DNA from: Tubulanus polymorphus
Taxonomy: Eukaryota; Animalia; Nemertea
Direction of reading: 5' to 3'
DNA length: 64,000 nucleotides
NCBI RefSeq assembly: GCF_964204645.1
Contig: NC_134032.1
Span: forward strand, 16,418,275-16,482,274
A program made the position numbers and the translations under genes. The notes beneath the pieces are model-generated. The model saw only the letters and a list, made by a program, of their open reading frames with translations, was not told the origin of the DNA and ran no database searches. This document shows positions 34,701 through 56,624 of this stretch, one piece after another (position 1 is the stretch's first letter; every line of letters starts with the position of its first letter).

Positions 34701-36692
34701 AACCAGCCTGCGATCACGTCGATCTGTAACCAGCCTGCGATCATGTCGACCTGTAACCAGCCTACGATCACGTCGACCTGTAACCAGCGTGCGATCACGT
34801 CGACCTGTAACCAGCCTGCGATCACGTCGACCTGTAACCAGCCTACGATCATGTCGACCTGTAACCAGCCTATGATCACATCGACCTGTAAACAGCCTAT
34901 GATCACGTCGACCTGTAACCAGCGTGCTACCTGTTCAATAACTGATGATTCATTGAGTGATTTTGATGATTTATTGTCTTTGTTTCAACCTTCAATTGCT
35001 GCTGATTTACAATCTCCAGATCAGACACCTGCTGATTTACAATCTCCAGATCAGACACCTGCTGATTTACAATCTCCAGATCAGACACCTGCTGATTTAC
35101 AATCTCCAGATCAGGCACCTGCTGATTTACAATCTCCAGATCAGGCACCTGCTGTATCCTCTGCTGGTAGTTTGGAATCTTCTGCTCATAGTCTGGGGTC
35201 ATCATCTGCTAGTAGTTTGAGGTCATGTGCTGGTAGTTTGAGGTCATCTGCTGGTAGTTTGAGGTCGTCCACTGGTAGTTTGAGGTCATCTGCTGGTAGT
35301 TTGAGGTCGTCTGGTGTTCTGAGAACTGCGTCAATCAAATCACAAACTCCACCTCTGTCACCAGTTTTATCCAATTCAAGTTCAAGGTCGGTTAAAAGTC
35401 GAATTCAATCGATTTTACGTCGGACTGATAACAATACGGTGTCGTCCCCGGTTACCACTTTACTCGGACTCAACAAACCTAGTTCATCGTCAAGCGTCGT
35501 AAGTAACGCATCATCTGTTTCTATGACAACTGCGAGAAGTCGTCTGCTTAAAATGAACGAAAGAATTGAGAATAAAACGAAATCGTATTTAGACCTGGTT
35601 AAACCGTTATTAAAACTGAGTAAATCACCGGCGGCAACCGCTACAACAAAGAAATCAGCAGCGTTCGTTAGAAACAGTAAATTCGACCGGTACGTTCCTG
35701 GTCGACAGGCAGCAGCAGCAGCACCAGCAGCAGCTGCAGCAGCTGCGACCAGTGGTAAACGTAAATTAGATATTCGAGCTAAAATTGATAAGATATTTGA
35801 AATGGGATGTGAGAGTGGTGAGGGACGCGAGGGACGCGGTGAGGATGAGGATAGTTTGAGTTCATGTAGTTCATCATCGAGTACGAGTTCTAATAAACGA
35901 CTCAGGGTCACGTTTATAGATACAACGCAACAATCATCGTCCAATCAGAGAACGGCATCGGCCAAACCGTCCAATCAGAAGACAGCATCCATGAGACCTT
36001 CCACCAATCAGAGATCAGAGAAGAATCAAACGATATTTGTAGCCAATGATTTCGAGAGACGAAAAGCTGTAAAATTGTTAAATAGTGGCCTCGATATCGA
36101 CAAGATCAACAGAGCATTACTGAACCCTCAAACCACTTCAACAATACTACCCGTTATTGAGAAACCAACGACGACTACATCCGTCTGTCATGATGCAAAC
36201 TATGCTGCTGGAAAACATGTAAACATGTTTTCACAATTCAGACACTTAGCAAAACCTGCACTTTCTGTCGATGAACTAGATTTCAAATTAAAACCAGACA
36301 TGGCCTGTAAACCAGTGACCACTCCAAGACCACTGACCACTCCGAGACCTGTCACCACTCCGAGACCGTTGACCACTCCAAGACCTGTCACCACTCCGAG
36401 ACCAGTGACCACTCCGAGACCTGTCACCACTCCGAGACCGGTAAACCCAGTACCTTTTCAATCGGAATGTAGGGAAAAACAGTATTATGAAGTCAATGAC
36501 AAGAAATTGACACCAGCTTATAATCAATCTACTTGTCTCAGTACAGCAGCCATTATTAATTCTGTCACTGATCCTGTAAATAATTGTGTAACTAATTCTG
36601 TTACAAATCCTGTAATTAGTTGTGTAACTAATTCTGTTACAAATACTGAAAATGTAATTGACAAATTTCTTCTCAATATGTTGCAAAATTAG
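31753..36692 (+). CDS. USPL1: SUMO-specific isopeptidase USPL1 (peptidase C98)
   Basis: Exons 31753-31854, 31987-33158, 33462-33587, 34193-34359, 34444-36692. N-terminal CxxC..CxxxxC module (CELCRRKG..CQNPDCCFPIG), catalytic QWVNSDALCWLD, LHFMQGLP, HFIAWI and WMECDGLK match USPL1. The long C-terminus contains 9-, 10-, 7- and 6-aa coding repeats. Confidence 0.9.
33198..33330. mobile_element. MITE-like element in USPL1 intron
   Basis: CAGTTGCTCAAAAGTTGGTTA ... TAACCAATTTTTGAGCAACCG inverted termini; related fragments at ~5960-6000 and ~18730-18770. Confidence 0.65.
33615..33972. mobile_element. PIF/Harbinger-type MITE (358 bp) with TTA target-site duplication
   Basis: TIR AGCCTAGCGCACATCGAC..CGATCGGAGACAACTAGTTGC and its complement; TTA at 33612-33614 and 33973-33975. 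Confidence 0.88.
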
Positions 36693-37894
36693 AAAACTAG
36701 CCAAACTGTAGGCGCCCTCTAGCAGGAAGGACTATAACTTGGTCATATTGCATTTGTTTATGTGTTGTGATATAACAGTAAAACCTGAAATCGTCTCAAG
36801 CAGTTTGTGAAAATAATGAGGTTTTTACTGTCTGCAAATATTCAAACAATTTGTTCTTACAAGTTTTTCTATTGGTTTCAATAAAATACTGATAATAACG
36901 AATCCTAGTTTTATATGATTCCATTGATGAGCAGGGTTCACTCAGTGAAGGAGGATACACTCTGTGAGGAATTGATTCTGTGGTCAGGGGAGGATTCCAT
37001 GGATGAGAATTAGTCATTCTGAGGTGTTGTGATCAATGGGTTACTCTATCTGAAACCCGGTCTGTTTGGTTGTATTTTTTGTTTGTAACTTTTGGGGAAA
37101 AATTTGTTTATGACCCTCGATCCTACTTATCACAAAAATGGTGAAATTATGGCATCCAGGAAATCCTTCGAATGACAAAAACTTTCATCGACTTTAATAT
37201 AAAAACACGAGCAGCGCCCTCTCCCCAACCCAACAAAAATATAAATACCCCGATAAAAACTCATTCTATTATAAAAACAATTTCCCAGTGCTGTTAAAAG
37301 TCTTGAGAATTATCTCGGAATCCGGCCCGCAAATCGGTAAATAGTTTGTAAATCGGTAAATAGTTTGTCCATTACGGCCACCGAGAGACTTTGGCAAGCG
37401 GGTATTATGTTAGTTCACGCTTTCCCCGCTAACGTTGTATATAGGGGCAGCACCAGACGGTTGACATGCGAATATTTGTGTGGCGGGCAAATGATATATT
37501 AATCTTTCATTCGCAAATTCCATCAACGCTATTACGCTTCAATTAAGGAAATCATTTTTTAAAGGCTTTTGTAGCCACTTTCTAAATAGATATCATTCGC
37601 AGTGGAATTCGTTTTATAGGATTTTTGTTGTGTAGTGCCGGGGCTGTACAGGCCAATGTCACTTGTTAGCCTAACAACTGTGTTGCCCTAGATGCAACTG
37701 AGAGTGGTTAATGGCGTATCTGTGGTTTGGCTAAAGCAGCTTACAATAAGAGACCACATGAAGACAATGGTTAGCGTCCATCTACTGATCTAAAGCTTCA
37801 CTTGAGAAAAAATGAGAGACACAAAAATAAATTACTGAAATATTACATTTATATTTATTTCTTATCTGTTGAAGCTTTGATAACAAAGCGATCT

Positions 37895-38192
37895 GTGATT
37901 ACCTGACCGGTCCGTGATTACCAGACTGGTCCACGATTACCAGACCGGTCCACGATTACCAGACCGGTCTGTGATTACCGGACCGGTCAGTGATTACCAG
38001 ACTGGTTCGCGATTACCAGACCGGTCCACGATTACCGGACCTGTCCGTAATTATGGAACCGGTCAGTGATTACCGGACCGGTCAGTGATTACCGGACCGG
38101 TCAGTGATTACCAGACCAGTCCGTAATTATGGAACCAGTCAGTGATTACCGGACCGGTCAGTGATTACCGGACCGGTTCGCGATTACGCGTA
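37895..38192. repeat. 20-bp minisatellite immediately after the INO80C stop codon
   Basis: GTGATTACCGGACCGGTCA-type units; two units re-copy the stop-codon context (GTAATTATGGAACC). Confidence 0.88.
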
Positions 38193-38193
38193 A

Positions 38194-38745
38194 TTATGGA
38201 ACCGGTGTATTAGCCTTGCGTAGTGTTAAATACCCAGTAATAATATCAACAGGTAAAGTACGTATTCGAGTGAATTCATCGATCGTTGTATAACGTAGTT
38301 TAGTTTGAGGGTCCGTATAAAGAGCTCGTAATCCGGTGATATCCGAGTATTTCCTCGCAGGTTTATTTAACGACGGAATCGCATCTAAACTTCCGTACGT
38401 CGGTTCATCCGTATTACGTGTCTGTCTCTCTAACGCTATTATCTGTTTCAAATTCTTCCAAACCCGTGATTTCCTCATACCCGCGTTCTCCTTCGCCGAA
38501 TGTACAAAGTTTCGATCTTTAAAACAATAAAGCGGTTCGGATTCCCCGCTCGCCGCAGTCTCCTCCAGCACACTTGCTACGAGTGTCTCTGATGTTTCTT
38601 CGATGTCATTATCTGATTTTTTTAGTCTTTTTGATGGATTTAGAATAGCACCTGCACCAGCACCTGCACCAGCTGCTGCTGCTGCTGGACTTCCAGATCT
38701 GGAAGGTGTTTTGCGTTTACTACTGTTTGAAGGAGTAGTTGACAT
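38194..38745 (-). CDS. INO80C: INO80 complex subunit C (IES6, YL1_C domain), single coding exon
   Basis: MSTTPS...FKDRNFVHS..WKNLKQIIALER..YGSLDAIPSLNKPARKYSDITGLRALYTDPQTKLRY..GYLTLRKANTPVP* matches INO80C. Confidence 0.95.
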   Translation of the reverse strand: MSTTPSNSSKRKTPSRSGSPAAAAAGAGAGAGAILNPSKRLKKSDNDIEETSETLVASVLEETAASGESEPLYCFKDRNFVHSAKENAGMRKSRVWKNLKQIIALERQTRNTDEPTYGSLDAIPSLNKPARKYSDITGLRALYTDPQTKLRYTTIDEFTRIRTLPVDIITGYLTLRKANTPVP

Positions 38746-39602
38746 GGCGCCTTGCTCCAACCCGCTCACCACCTACAAGTATCAAATTGTTTCCGTGTGG
38801 TAATTAGTACGACTATTCTAATAACGATTAGTTTTCTATGTTTAAAGGTGAGTTTAACGAGTTGATTTGAATTGTAAACTCACCTGTTCGATTCTATTTG
38901 AATATAAGGATAGTTTAAGCCAGGTTTCAGTCCTGTTTACTGAATATATTTTACTGATTTCTTCAAAACATCAAAATCACTACAAACACACCAGTAGCTG
39001 GCGCCCTCTAGTGATAGATTGTGTAAATGGCGGAGATTGTGATCGGTGTTTGTTGGGTGAGGAAGAGAACATTTATTAACTATCCTTTGAGAATTGTTTA
39101 GTATAGGACACCCCTCCCTCACGTAGGCCAGAAGTATTCAGTCCTGTCATTTTTGTGAGGCTGCACCGTTCAGTGGCTCCATTTCTCGATTTGATGAGGG
39201 CCGAGGAGGCAGTGAGTAGCTGCAGCTGCTGTGTTGATGAGGGCCGAGGCAGTAGCTGCTGTGTTGATTAGCTGTAGCTGTGAGCTGTGGTTTAGTTGTT
39301 ATAGTAACGTATAAACAGTGATGTGTGTGTGTAATATTGATCACAGTCTCAGTCTTACAGCGAGACATACGACATTCATTTACTGTCCGTCTGTCAGTCT
39401 CTGTTAGTTCACTGGAGGAGGTATTGTATCTAATACTTCCGTCAGGCAATATTCTCTACCCTAGATTGTCCTAGGGTATCTTGTATCCAAGATTGTCCTA
39501 GGGTCAGTATCTTGTGTCCAGGATTGTCCTAGGGTCAGTATCCTAACCCTAACCCTTGATGCTGTAGTGGTTTATTGTATATTTTCAGTTGAGCGACGAC
39601 CG

Positions 39603-39758
39603 ATGATGACGATGTCTCCGATGTGGAATAAACACAGTTTAGATTTCAGTGAAATCAGTCCAAAACGATTATCAAACAGTTTCCCGATAACATTCCTACA
39701 AAAACAACAAAACAACAGCAGCAGCAGCGGCGGTTGTCGCAGGGTACCACATTTACAG
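39603..39758 (+). CDS. Candidate distal first coding exon of PASK
   Basis: Acceptor TTTTCAG at 39588, ATG at 39603, 52 codons, phase-0 donor CAG|GTCAGT compatible with the phase-0 PASK exon at 47696; divergent from INO80C. Confidence 0.55.
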
Positions 39759-40063
39759 GTCAGTCATTAGTTTATCATACTACCAGCAGGTCAGTGTGTC
39801 AGATAACTCCCCCTCTCCCCCAGTCTGCTGATAACTAGCTCAGATTACCGTAGACTTGTGGTTACCTCGAAATGGAAAGAGAAATTACAACCATTTTATT
39901 TTATGTCATCAATCGTTTTATTATAAATATATTTTTTATGGTACAAAATCTTAACTTAAACAATTAGACTTAGTGCTTCTCGCCCCCTGGTGGTGGAATG
40001 TGAAGCTATAAGACGGTGTACTTGCCCGCCCTCTGGTGATGGAATTTGAAATAAACTTTTACT

Positions 40064-41352
40064 TTATAAAACTATTTTCACTACGATAGAAGTAGCAGTT
40101 ACAGTCGCTACGGCGATAATGATTTCAAATTTATTGATTATTTTACGCAGCGGTTGATTGGTCAGTTTCGATAGTCTCCACAGTTCGTATAGCGGTACAA
40201 TAAAATGTAATAGGTCGGGAAACATGAATCCGATATCTCGAAAAAACTGATGTTTCCCCGACCAGTTCTGCAGGATTACGTTTTCTATAAACTGGTCGCC
40301 GCTGGATACTATAATATGTAAACAACTGATCGATAATATTACCAGTAACTTCCTAGGAGTCATCTCGACTTCAATATCGCACAGATTCAATACAAAAACA
40401 GTCGAAACGACTTCCGTAACCGTAAAAAACAACTGATGATACCATTGTTGATAGAAGTTGTCGCTATAGTAACCGAAATAACTCCACCACGAGTAATAAT
40501 GAGAATAAACGACAGACGCGAATAAAATAAACATGGAACGTCTGAGACAACGGTTGCTTAGTAACCGTGTGAGGTATTTGATAGTTTCATATAAAGATAA
40601 AACGGCTAACATTGTTATAGCCCAGATTTTACCAGTCTCAGCGGTCGCATTGAAATATACATGTTTATACTTAGAGGGAGGATACTCATAGGAACCTGAA
40701 AATAATAAAAATATATTTATTTATCTGAACCCAGTTCCACAGTTGTGGAGCCAGTTCCATAGTTGTGGATCCAGTTACACAGTTGTGGATCCAGTTACAC
40801 AGTTCTGAATCCAGTTCCACAGTTGTGGAGCCAGTTCCACAGTTGTGGATCCAGTTACACAGTTCTGAATCCAGTTCCACAGTTGCGGACCCAGTCCACA
40901 GTTGCGGATCCAGTTCCGCAGTTGTAGAACCAGTTCCACAGTTGTGGACCCAGTTCCACAGTTGTGGACCCAGTTCCACAGTTGTGGATCCAGTTCCACA
41001 GATGTGGATCCAGTTACACAGTTAATTCACGATGTGTCTTCTCTTACCTTTATAGACCGTATCGAAACATTCACACGTACACGTCTTTTTATCAACCTCT
41101 GGTTTGTTAGGAGTCCATATTTTCTGTATGATACCTAAACATGAAACAATAATTAATCAGCCGGTCGGGCGGTCGGTCAGCCGGTCGGTCAGCCGGTCGG
41201 GCGACCGGTCAGCTGGTCGGTCGGTCGGTCAGCTGGTCGGTCGGTCGGGTACTGGGGTTCTAATAGTTACCGATATGTATACAAGGTAGCGCCACTAGTA
41301 TCACGTATCCTATAAATGATTGCGTAAATCTGTGTTTAGTTTCGCCAGTCAT
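40064..41352 (-). CDS. Uncharacterised multi-pass membrane protein (266 aa)
   Basis: Exons (minus) 41352-41271, 41134-41048, 40695-40064 total 801 nt in frame. Sequence MTGETKHR..LVALPCIHIG..CTCECFDTVYKGSYEYPPSKYKHVYFNAT..HYYSWWSYFGYYSDNFYQQWYHQLFFTVTE..RDIGFMFPD has several hydrophobic segments. Confidence 0.82.
40728..41025. repeat. 20-bp tandem repeat of the MITE-end motif CCAGTTCCACAGTT
   Basis: GGA(T/C/G)CCAGTTCCACAGTTGT units. Confidence 0.88.
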
Positions 41353-41837
41353 TGTCGTGTTGACTGTATGCTGCTGCTGCTGCTGCTGCTGGTGCTGCTG
41401 CTGCTGCTAGTGCTTGTGTATAATCTCACTACACTCACTGGTTGTATGTCTCACTGTATACATGTGACACATACATTGCCTTTATGAACTCCTCCTATCT
41501 ATTCACTAGTATATCTCTGTGTACATTGATTAAACACAATAAAAACTGGTCTCAATTTCTCAACACAAAACGCACAAAGCCTGCTAGATTGGTTATAATC
41601 ATAGAATGAATGGAATGAATGGAATTTATTACATCAATGATCCGATTAAAAACCCAGTTCTGTAGTTGTATCCTATAACAACCTATAGTTGTTTGTAGAA
41701 GGTTAAGTTAAACCTTGAACTGGCTATAATGGTTATAGAAGTAGTTTAATCATTGTCTGGTCACTGACTTCTTTTTGATTAATCATTGATTACTAAATAA
41801 ATGAAAATACTAAATAAATGTCGCATGGTTCAACCAG

Positions 41838-42550
41838 GCTACCTGTCAGTATACCTGTCTACCTGTCAGTATATCTGTCTACCTGTCAGTGTGTCTGTCT
41901 ACCTGTCAGTATATCTGTCTACCTGTCAGTGTGTCTGTCTACCTGCCAGTGTATCTGTCTTCCTGTCAGTGTGTCTGTCTATCTGTCAGTGTGTCTGTCT
42001 ACCTGTCAGTGTGTCTGTCTACCTGTCAGTGTGTCTGTCTATCTACCTGTCAGTGTGTCTGTCTGTCTACCTGTCAGTGTGTCTGTCTGTCTACCTGTCA
42101 GTGTGTCTGTCTGTCTACCTGTCAGTGTGTCTGTCTGTCTACCAGTCAGTGTGTCTGTCTACCTGTCAGTGTGTCTGTCTGTCTACCTGTCAGTGTGTCT
42201 GTCTGTCTACCTGTCAGTGTGTCTGTCTGTCTACCTGTCAGTGTGTCTGTCTGTCTACCTGTCAGTGTGTCTGTCTATCTACCTGTCAGTGTGTCTGTCT
42301 GTCTACCTGTCAGTGTGTCTGTCTGTCTACCTGTCATTGTGTCTGTCTGTCTACCTGTCAGTGTATCTGCCTGTCTACCTGTCAGTGTGTCTGTCTATCT
42401 GTCAGTCTGTCTGTCTACCTGTCATTGTGTCTGTCTGTCTACCTGTCAGTGTATCTGCCTGTCTACCTGTCAGTGTGTCTGTCTATCTGTCAGTCTGTCT
42501 ATCTACCTGTCAGTGTGTCTGTCTGTCTACCTGTCAGTGTATCTGTCCTG
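41838..42550. repeat. 20-24-bp minisatellite
   Basis: TCTACCTGTCAGTGTGTCTG(TCTG) units. Confidence 0.93.
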
Positions 42551-42621
42551 CACTACTCTCTCTCTCTTTCTCTAATTATCTGTTGTTGAATTATTCACAT
42601 ATCAATGACTGATTTGTAATG

Positions 42622-45600
42622 ACTCTCTCTACCTCCTCTCTCTCATCGACCTCCTCTACCTCCTCTACCTCCTCTCTCCTCCATCGACCTCCTCTACCTC
42701 CTCTACCTCCTCTCTCCCCCATCATCGACCTCCTCTACCTCCTCTCTCCCATCGACCTCCTCTACCTCCTCTACCTCCTCTCTCCCCCATCGACCTCCTC
42801 TACCTCCTCTCTCCCCCATCGACCTCCTCTACCCCCTCTCTCCCACATCGACCTCCTCTACCTCCTCTACCTCCTCTCTCTCATCGACCTCCTCTACCTC
42901 CTCTCTCCCCCATCGACCTCCTCTACCTCCTCTCTCTCATCGACCTCCTCTACCTCCTCTACCTCCTCTCTCCTCCATCGACCTCCTCTACCTCCTCTAC
43001 CTCCTCTCTCCCCCATCATCGACCTCCTCTACCTCCTCTCTCCCATCGACCTCCTCTACCTCCTCTACCTCCTCTCTCCCCCATCGACCTCCTCTACCTC
43101 CTCTCTCCCCCATCGACCTCCTCTACCCCCTCTCTCCCACATCGACCTCCTCTACCTCCTCTACCTCCTCTCTCTCATCGACCTCCTCTACCTCCTCTCT
43201 CCCCCATCGACCTCCTCTACCTCCTCTCCCCCATCGACCTCCTCTACCCCCTCTCTCCCACATCGACCTCCTCTACCTCCTCTCTCCCCCATCGACCTCC
43301 TCTACCTCCTCTCTCCCCCATCGACCTCCTCTACCTCCTCTCTCTCATCGACCTCCTCTACCTCCTCTCTCCCCCATCGACCTCCTCTACCTCCTCTCTC
43401 CCCCATCGACCTCCTCTACCTCCTCTCTCCCCCATCGACCTCCTCTACCTCCTCTCTCCCCCATCGACCTCCTCTACCTCCTCTCTCCTCATCGACCTCC
43501 TCTACCTCCTCTCTCCCCCATCGACCTCCTCTACCTCCTCTCTCCCCCATCGACCTCCTCTACCTCCTCTCTCCTCATCGACCTCCTCTACCTCCTCTCT
43601 CCCCCATCGACCTCCTCTACCTCCTCTCTCCCCCATCGACCTCCTCTACCTCCTCTCTCCTCATCGACCTCCTCTACCTCCTCTCTCCCCCATCGACCTC
43701 CTCTACCTCCTCTCTCCCCCATCAACCTCCTCTACCTCCTCTCTCCCCCATCAACCTCCTCTACCTCCTCTCTCCCCCATCGACCTCCTCTACCCCCTCT
43801 CTCCCACATCGACCTCCTCTACCTCCTCTACCTCCTCTCTCTCATCGACCTCCTCTACCTCCTCTCTCCCCCATCGACCTCCTCTACCTCCTCTCTCTCA
43901 TCGACCTCCTCTACCTCCTCTACCTCCTCTCTCCTCCATCGACCTCCTCTACCTCCTCTACCTCCTCTCTCCCCCATCATCGACCTCCTCTACCTCCTCT
44001 CTCCCATCGACCTCCTCTACCTCCTCTACCTCCTCTCTCCCCCATCGACCTCCTCTACCTCCTCTCTCCCCCATCGACCTCCTCTACCCCCTCTCTCCCA
44101 CATCGACCTCCTCTACCTCCTCTACCTCCTCTCTCTCATCGACCTCCTCTACCTCCTCTCTCCCCCATCGACCTCCTCTACCCCCTCTCTCCCACATCGA
44201 CCTCCTCTACCTCCTCTACCTCCTCTCTCTCATCGACCTCCTCTACCTCCTCTCTCCCCCATCGACCTCCTCTACCTCCTCTCTCCCCCATCGACCTCCT
44301 CTACCTCCTCTCTCCCCCATCGACCTCCTCTACCTCCTCTCTCCCCCATCGACCTCCTCTACCTCCTCTCTCCTCATCGACCTCCTCTACCTCCTCTCTC
44401 CCCCATCGACCTCCTCTACCTCCTCTCTCCCCCATCGACCTCCTCTACCTCCTCTCTCCTCATCGACCTCCTCTACCTCCTCTCTCCCCCATCGACCTCC
44501 TCTACCTCCTCTCTCCCCCATCGACCTCCTCTACCTCCTCTCTCCTCATCGACCTCCTCTACCTCCTCTCTCCCCCATCGACCTCCTCTACCTCCTCTCT
44601 CCCCCATCAACCTCCTCTACCTCCTCTCTCCCCCATCAACCTCCTCTACCTCCTCTCTCCCCCATCGACCTCCTCTACCCCCTCTCTCCCCCATCTACCT
44701 CCTCTACCTCCTCTCTCCCCATTGACCTCCTCTACCTCCTCTCTCCCACATCTACCTCCTCTACCTCCTCTCTCCCCCATCGACCTCCTCTACCTCCTCT
44801 CTCCCCCATCGACCTCCTCTACCTCCTCTCTCCCCCATCGACCTCCTCTACCTCCTCTCTCCCCCATCGACCTCCTCTACCTCCTCTCTCCCCCATCTAC
44901 CTCCTCTACCTCCTCTCTCTCATCGACCTCCTCTACCTCCTCTCCCCCCATCTACCTCCTCTACCTCCTCTCCCCCATCGACCTCCTCTACCCCCTCTCT
45001 CCCACATCGACCTCCTCTACCTCCTCTACCTCCTCTCTCTCATCGACCTCCTCTACCTCCTCTCTCCCCCATCGACCTCCTCTACCCCCTCTCTCCCACA
45101 TCGACCTCCTCTACCTCCTCTACCTCCTCTCTCTCATCGACCTCCTCTACCTCCTCTCTCCCCCATCGACCTCCTCTACCCCCTCTCTCCCACATCGACC
45201 TCCTCTACCTCCTCTACCTCCTCTCTCTCATCGACCTCCTCTACCTCCTCTCTCCCCCATCGACCTCCTCTACCTCCTCTCTCCCCCATCGACCTCCTCT
45301 ACCTCCTCTCTCCCCCATCGACCTCCTCTACCTCCTCTACCTCCTCTCTCTCATCGACCTCCTCTACCTCCTCTCTCCCCCATCGACCTCCTCTACCTCC
45401 TCTCTCTCATCGACCTCCTCTACCTCCTCTCCCCCCATCTACCTCCTCTACCTCCTCTCTCCCCCATCGACCTCCTCTACCCCCTCTCTCCCACATCGAC
45501 CTCCTCTACCTCCTCTACCTCCTCTCTCCCCCATCTACCTCCTCTACCTCCTCTCTCTCATCGACCTCCTCTACCTCCTCTCTCCCCCATCGACCTCCTC

Positions 45601-46648
45601 TACCTCCTCTCCCCCATCGACCTCCTCTACCTCCTCTCTCCCCCATCGACCTCCTCTACCTCCTCTCTCCCCCATCTACCTCCTCTACCTCCTCTCTCTC
45701 ATCGACCTCCTCTACCTCCTCTCTCCCCCATCGACCTCCTCTACCTCCTCTCTCCCCCATCTACCTCCTCTACCTCCTCTCTCTCATCGACCTCCTCTAC
45801 CTCCTCTCCCCCCATCTACCTCCTCTACCTCCTCTCCCCCATCGACCTCCTCTACCCCCTCTCTCCCACATCGACCTCCTCTACCTCCTCTACCTCCTCT
45901 CTCTCATCGACCTCCTCTACCTCCTCTCTCCCCCATCGACCTCCTCTACCTCCTCTCTCCCCCATCGACCTCCTCTACCTCCTCTCTCCCCCATCGACCT
46001 CCTCTACCTCCTCTCTCCCCCATCGACCTCCTCTACCTCCTCTCTCCCCCATCGACCTCCTCTACCTCCTCTCTCCCCCATCGACCTCCTCTACCTCCTC
46101 TCTCCTCATCGACCTCCTCTACCTCCTCTCTCCCCCATCAACCTCCTCTACCTCCTCTCTCCCCCATCAACCTCCTCTACCTCCCCTCTCCCACATCTAC
46201 CTCCTCTACCTCCTCTCTCCCCCATCGACCTCCTCTACCTCCCCTCTCCCACATCGACCTCCTCTACCTCCTCTCTCCTCATCGACCTCCTCTACCTCCT
46301 CTCTCTCTCATCGACCTCCTCTACCTCCCCTCTCCCACATCGACCTCCTCTACCTCCTCTCTCCTCATCGACCTCCTCTACCTCCTCTCTCCCCCATCGA
46401 CCTCCTCTACCTCCCCTCTCCCACATCGACCTCCTCTACCTCCTCTCTCCTCATCGACCTCCTCTACCTCCTCTCTCCCCCATCGACCTCCTCTACCCCC
46501 TCTCTCTCTCATCGACCTCCTCTACCTCCTCTCTCCCCCATCGACCTCCTCTACCTCCTCTCTCCCCCATCGACCTCCTCTACCTCCTCTCTCCCCCATC
46601 TACCTCCTCTACCTCCTCTCTCCCCATTGACCTCCTCTACCTCCTCTT
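42622..46648. repeat. ~4-kb pyrimidine-rich minisatellite (~27-29-bp units, with higher-order blocks)
   Basis: CATCGACCTCCTCTACCTCCTCTCTCCCC variants; source of the spurious 1353-aa ORF. Confidence 0.96.
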
Positions 46649-46989
46649 ATTCGCGTGTGGCTGATATTGAAACCATTTGATGATTTATTTTATGAATATT
46701 TTAATCGACTCTCCTCGAGTCGTGCAGAATCGGTTGTCAACGTGTCAACCGGTTGCCTGGAGCCATCATACACATCTTGTTTCAATTCTAACGAAGAAAA
46801 AGTGGATGTATCTCCGGCTACGTGGCTGTATTACCCTATAACGGATGGCTGCGTATTATAACCCTATAACGGGTGAATAGAAAACATGATGGATTAGTAT
46901 GAGATATCCTATTAATGTGTGTATTTGTCACTTGTTGCATCATTGTCAGCAGCAGCAGCAGCAGCAGCAGCAGCTAGTGTTAACTCATT

Positions 46990-47031
46990 ATGGGTGCAAA
47001 CTATTCTAAAAAGCGAAATAAATATTCAAAG
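46990..47031 (+). CDS. Candidate proximal first coding exon of PASK (MGANYSKKRNKYSK)
   Basis: ATG at 46990, 14 codons, phase-0 donor AAG|GTAGGA compatible with the exon at 47696. Confidence 0.55.
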
Positions 47032-47503
47032 GTAGGAAAATAAATAAAAGTTTCTTTTATGAAATAAGGATGAGGTTTCTGTAGTTAAATTATTTCTAGT
47101 TTTTGTGAAACAAAATAAATAATTACGGAATAAAAATCAATTTTCCGGATAAAATAAGAAAATAATCTGAAAATTCATATTTTTGCGAGTATTTTAACTG
47201 AAGATTTTCGGTAATTAAAACCATAAAATTATGATATTAACAGATTACCAATAAATTCACTGATTTCATAGATTTAATGAAAAGTATTAGATGTCTAACA
47301 GTAGTGTAGCTTTAGCTTCGATATCTGCAGATAGTATGACGATATAATGGAGGGGGAGGGGGAGGGGGAGAGGGAGAGGGGGTGCAGTTACACATATCAC
47401 TGATAGATATTGAAGAACACTTAATACTGGCAGTTACCGACAAATCACTGCACAATTAGTTTCATTTCATTCAATAAACCAATAAGTGTATAGTTATTAC
47501 TGA

Positions 47504-47667
47504 GTTAATACCGGTCGACGAGGTAACGCAGTTAATACCGGTCGACGAGGTAACGCAGTTAATACCGGTCGACGAGGTAACGCAGTTAATACCGGTCGAC
47601 GAGGTAACGCAGTTAATACCGGTCGACGAGGTAACGCAGTTAATACCGGTCGACGAGGTAACGCAGT
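47504..47667. repeat. 27-bp repeat x6 containing GAG|GTAACG
   Basis: Unit GTTAATACCGGTCGACGAGGTAACGCA. Confidence 0.93.
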
Positions 47668-47695
47668 AGTGAGAGTTGTATATTGTATATTGTAG

Positions 47696-56624
<8,929 letters not shown>

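Noticed and set aside
42619-46680. 1353-aa ORF
   Set aside because: A pyrimidine-rich minisatellite lacks stop codons by composition; the translation cycles through three frames of one unit.
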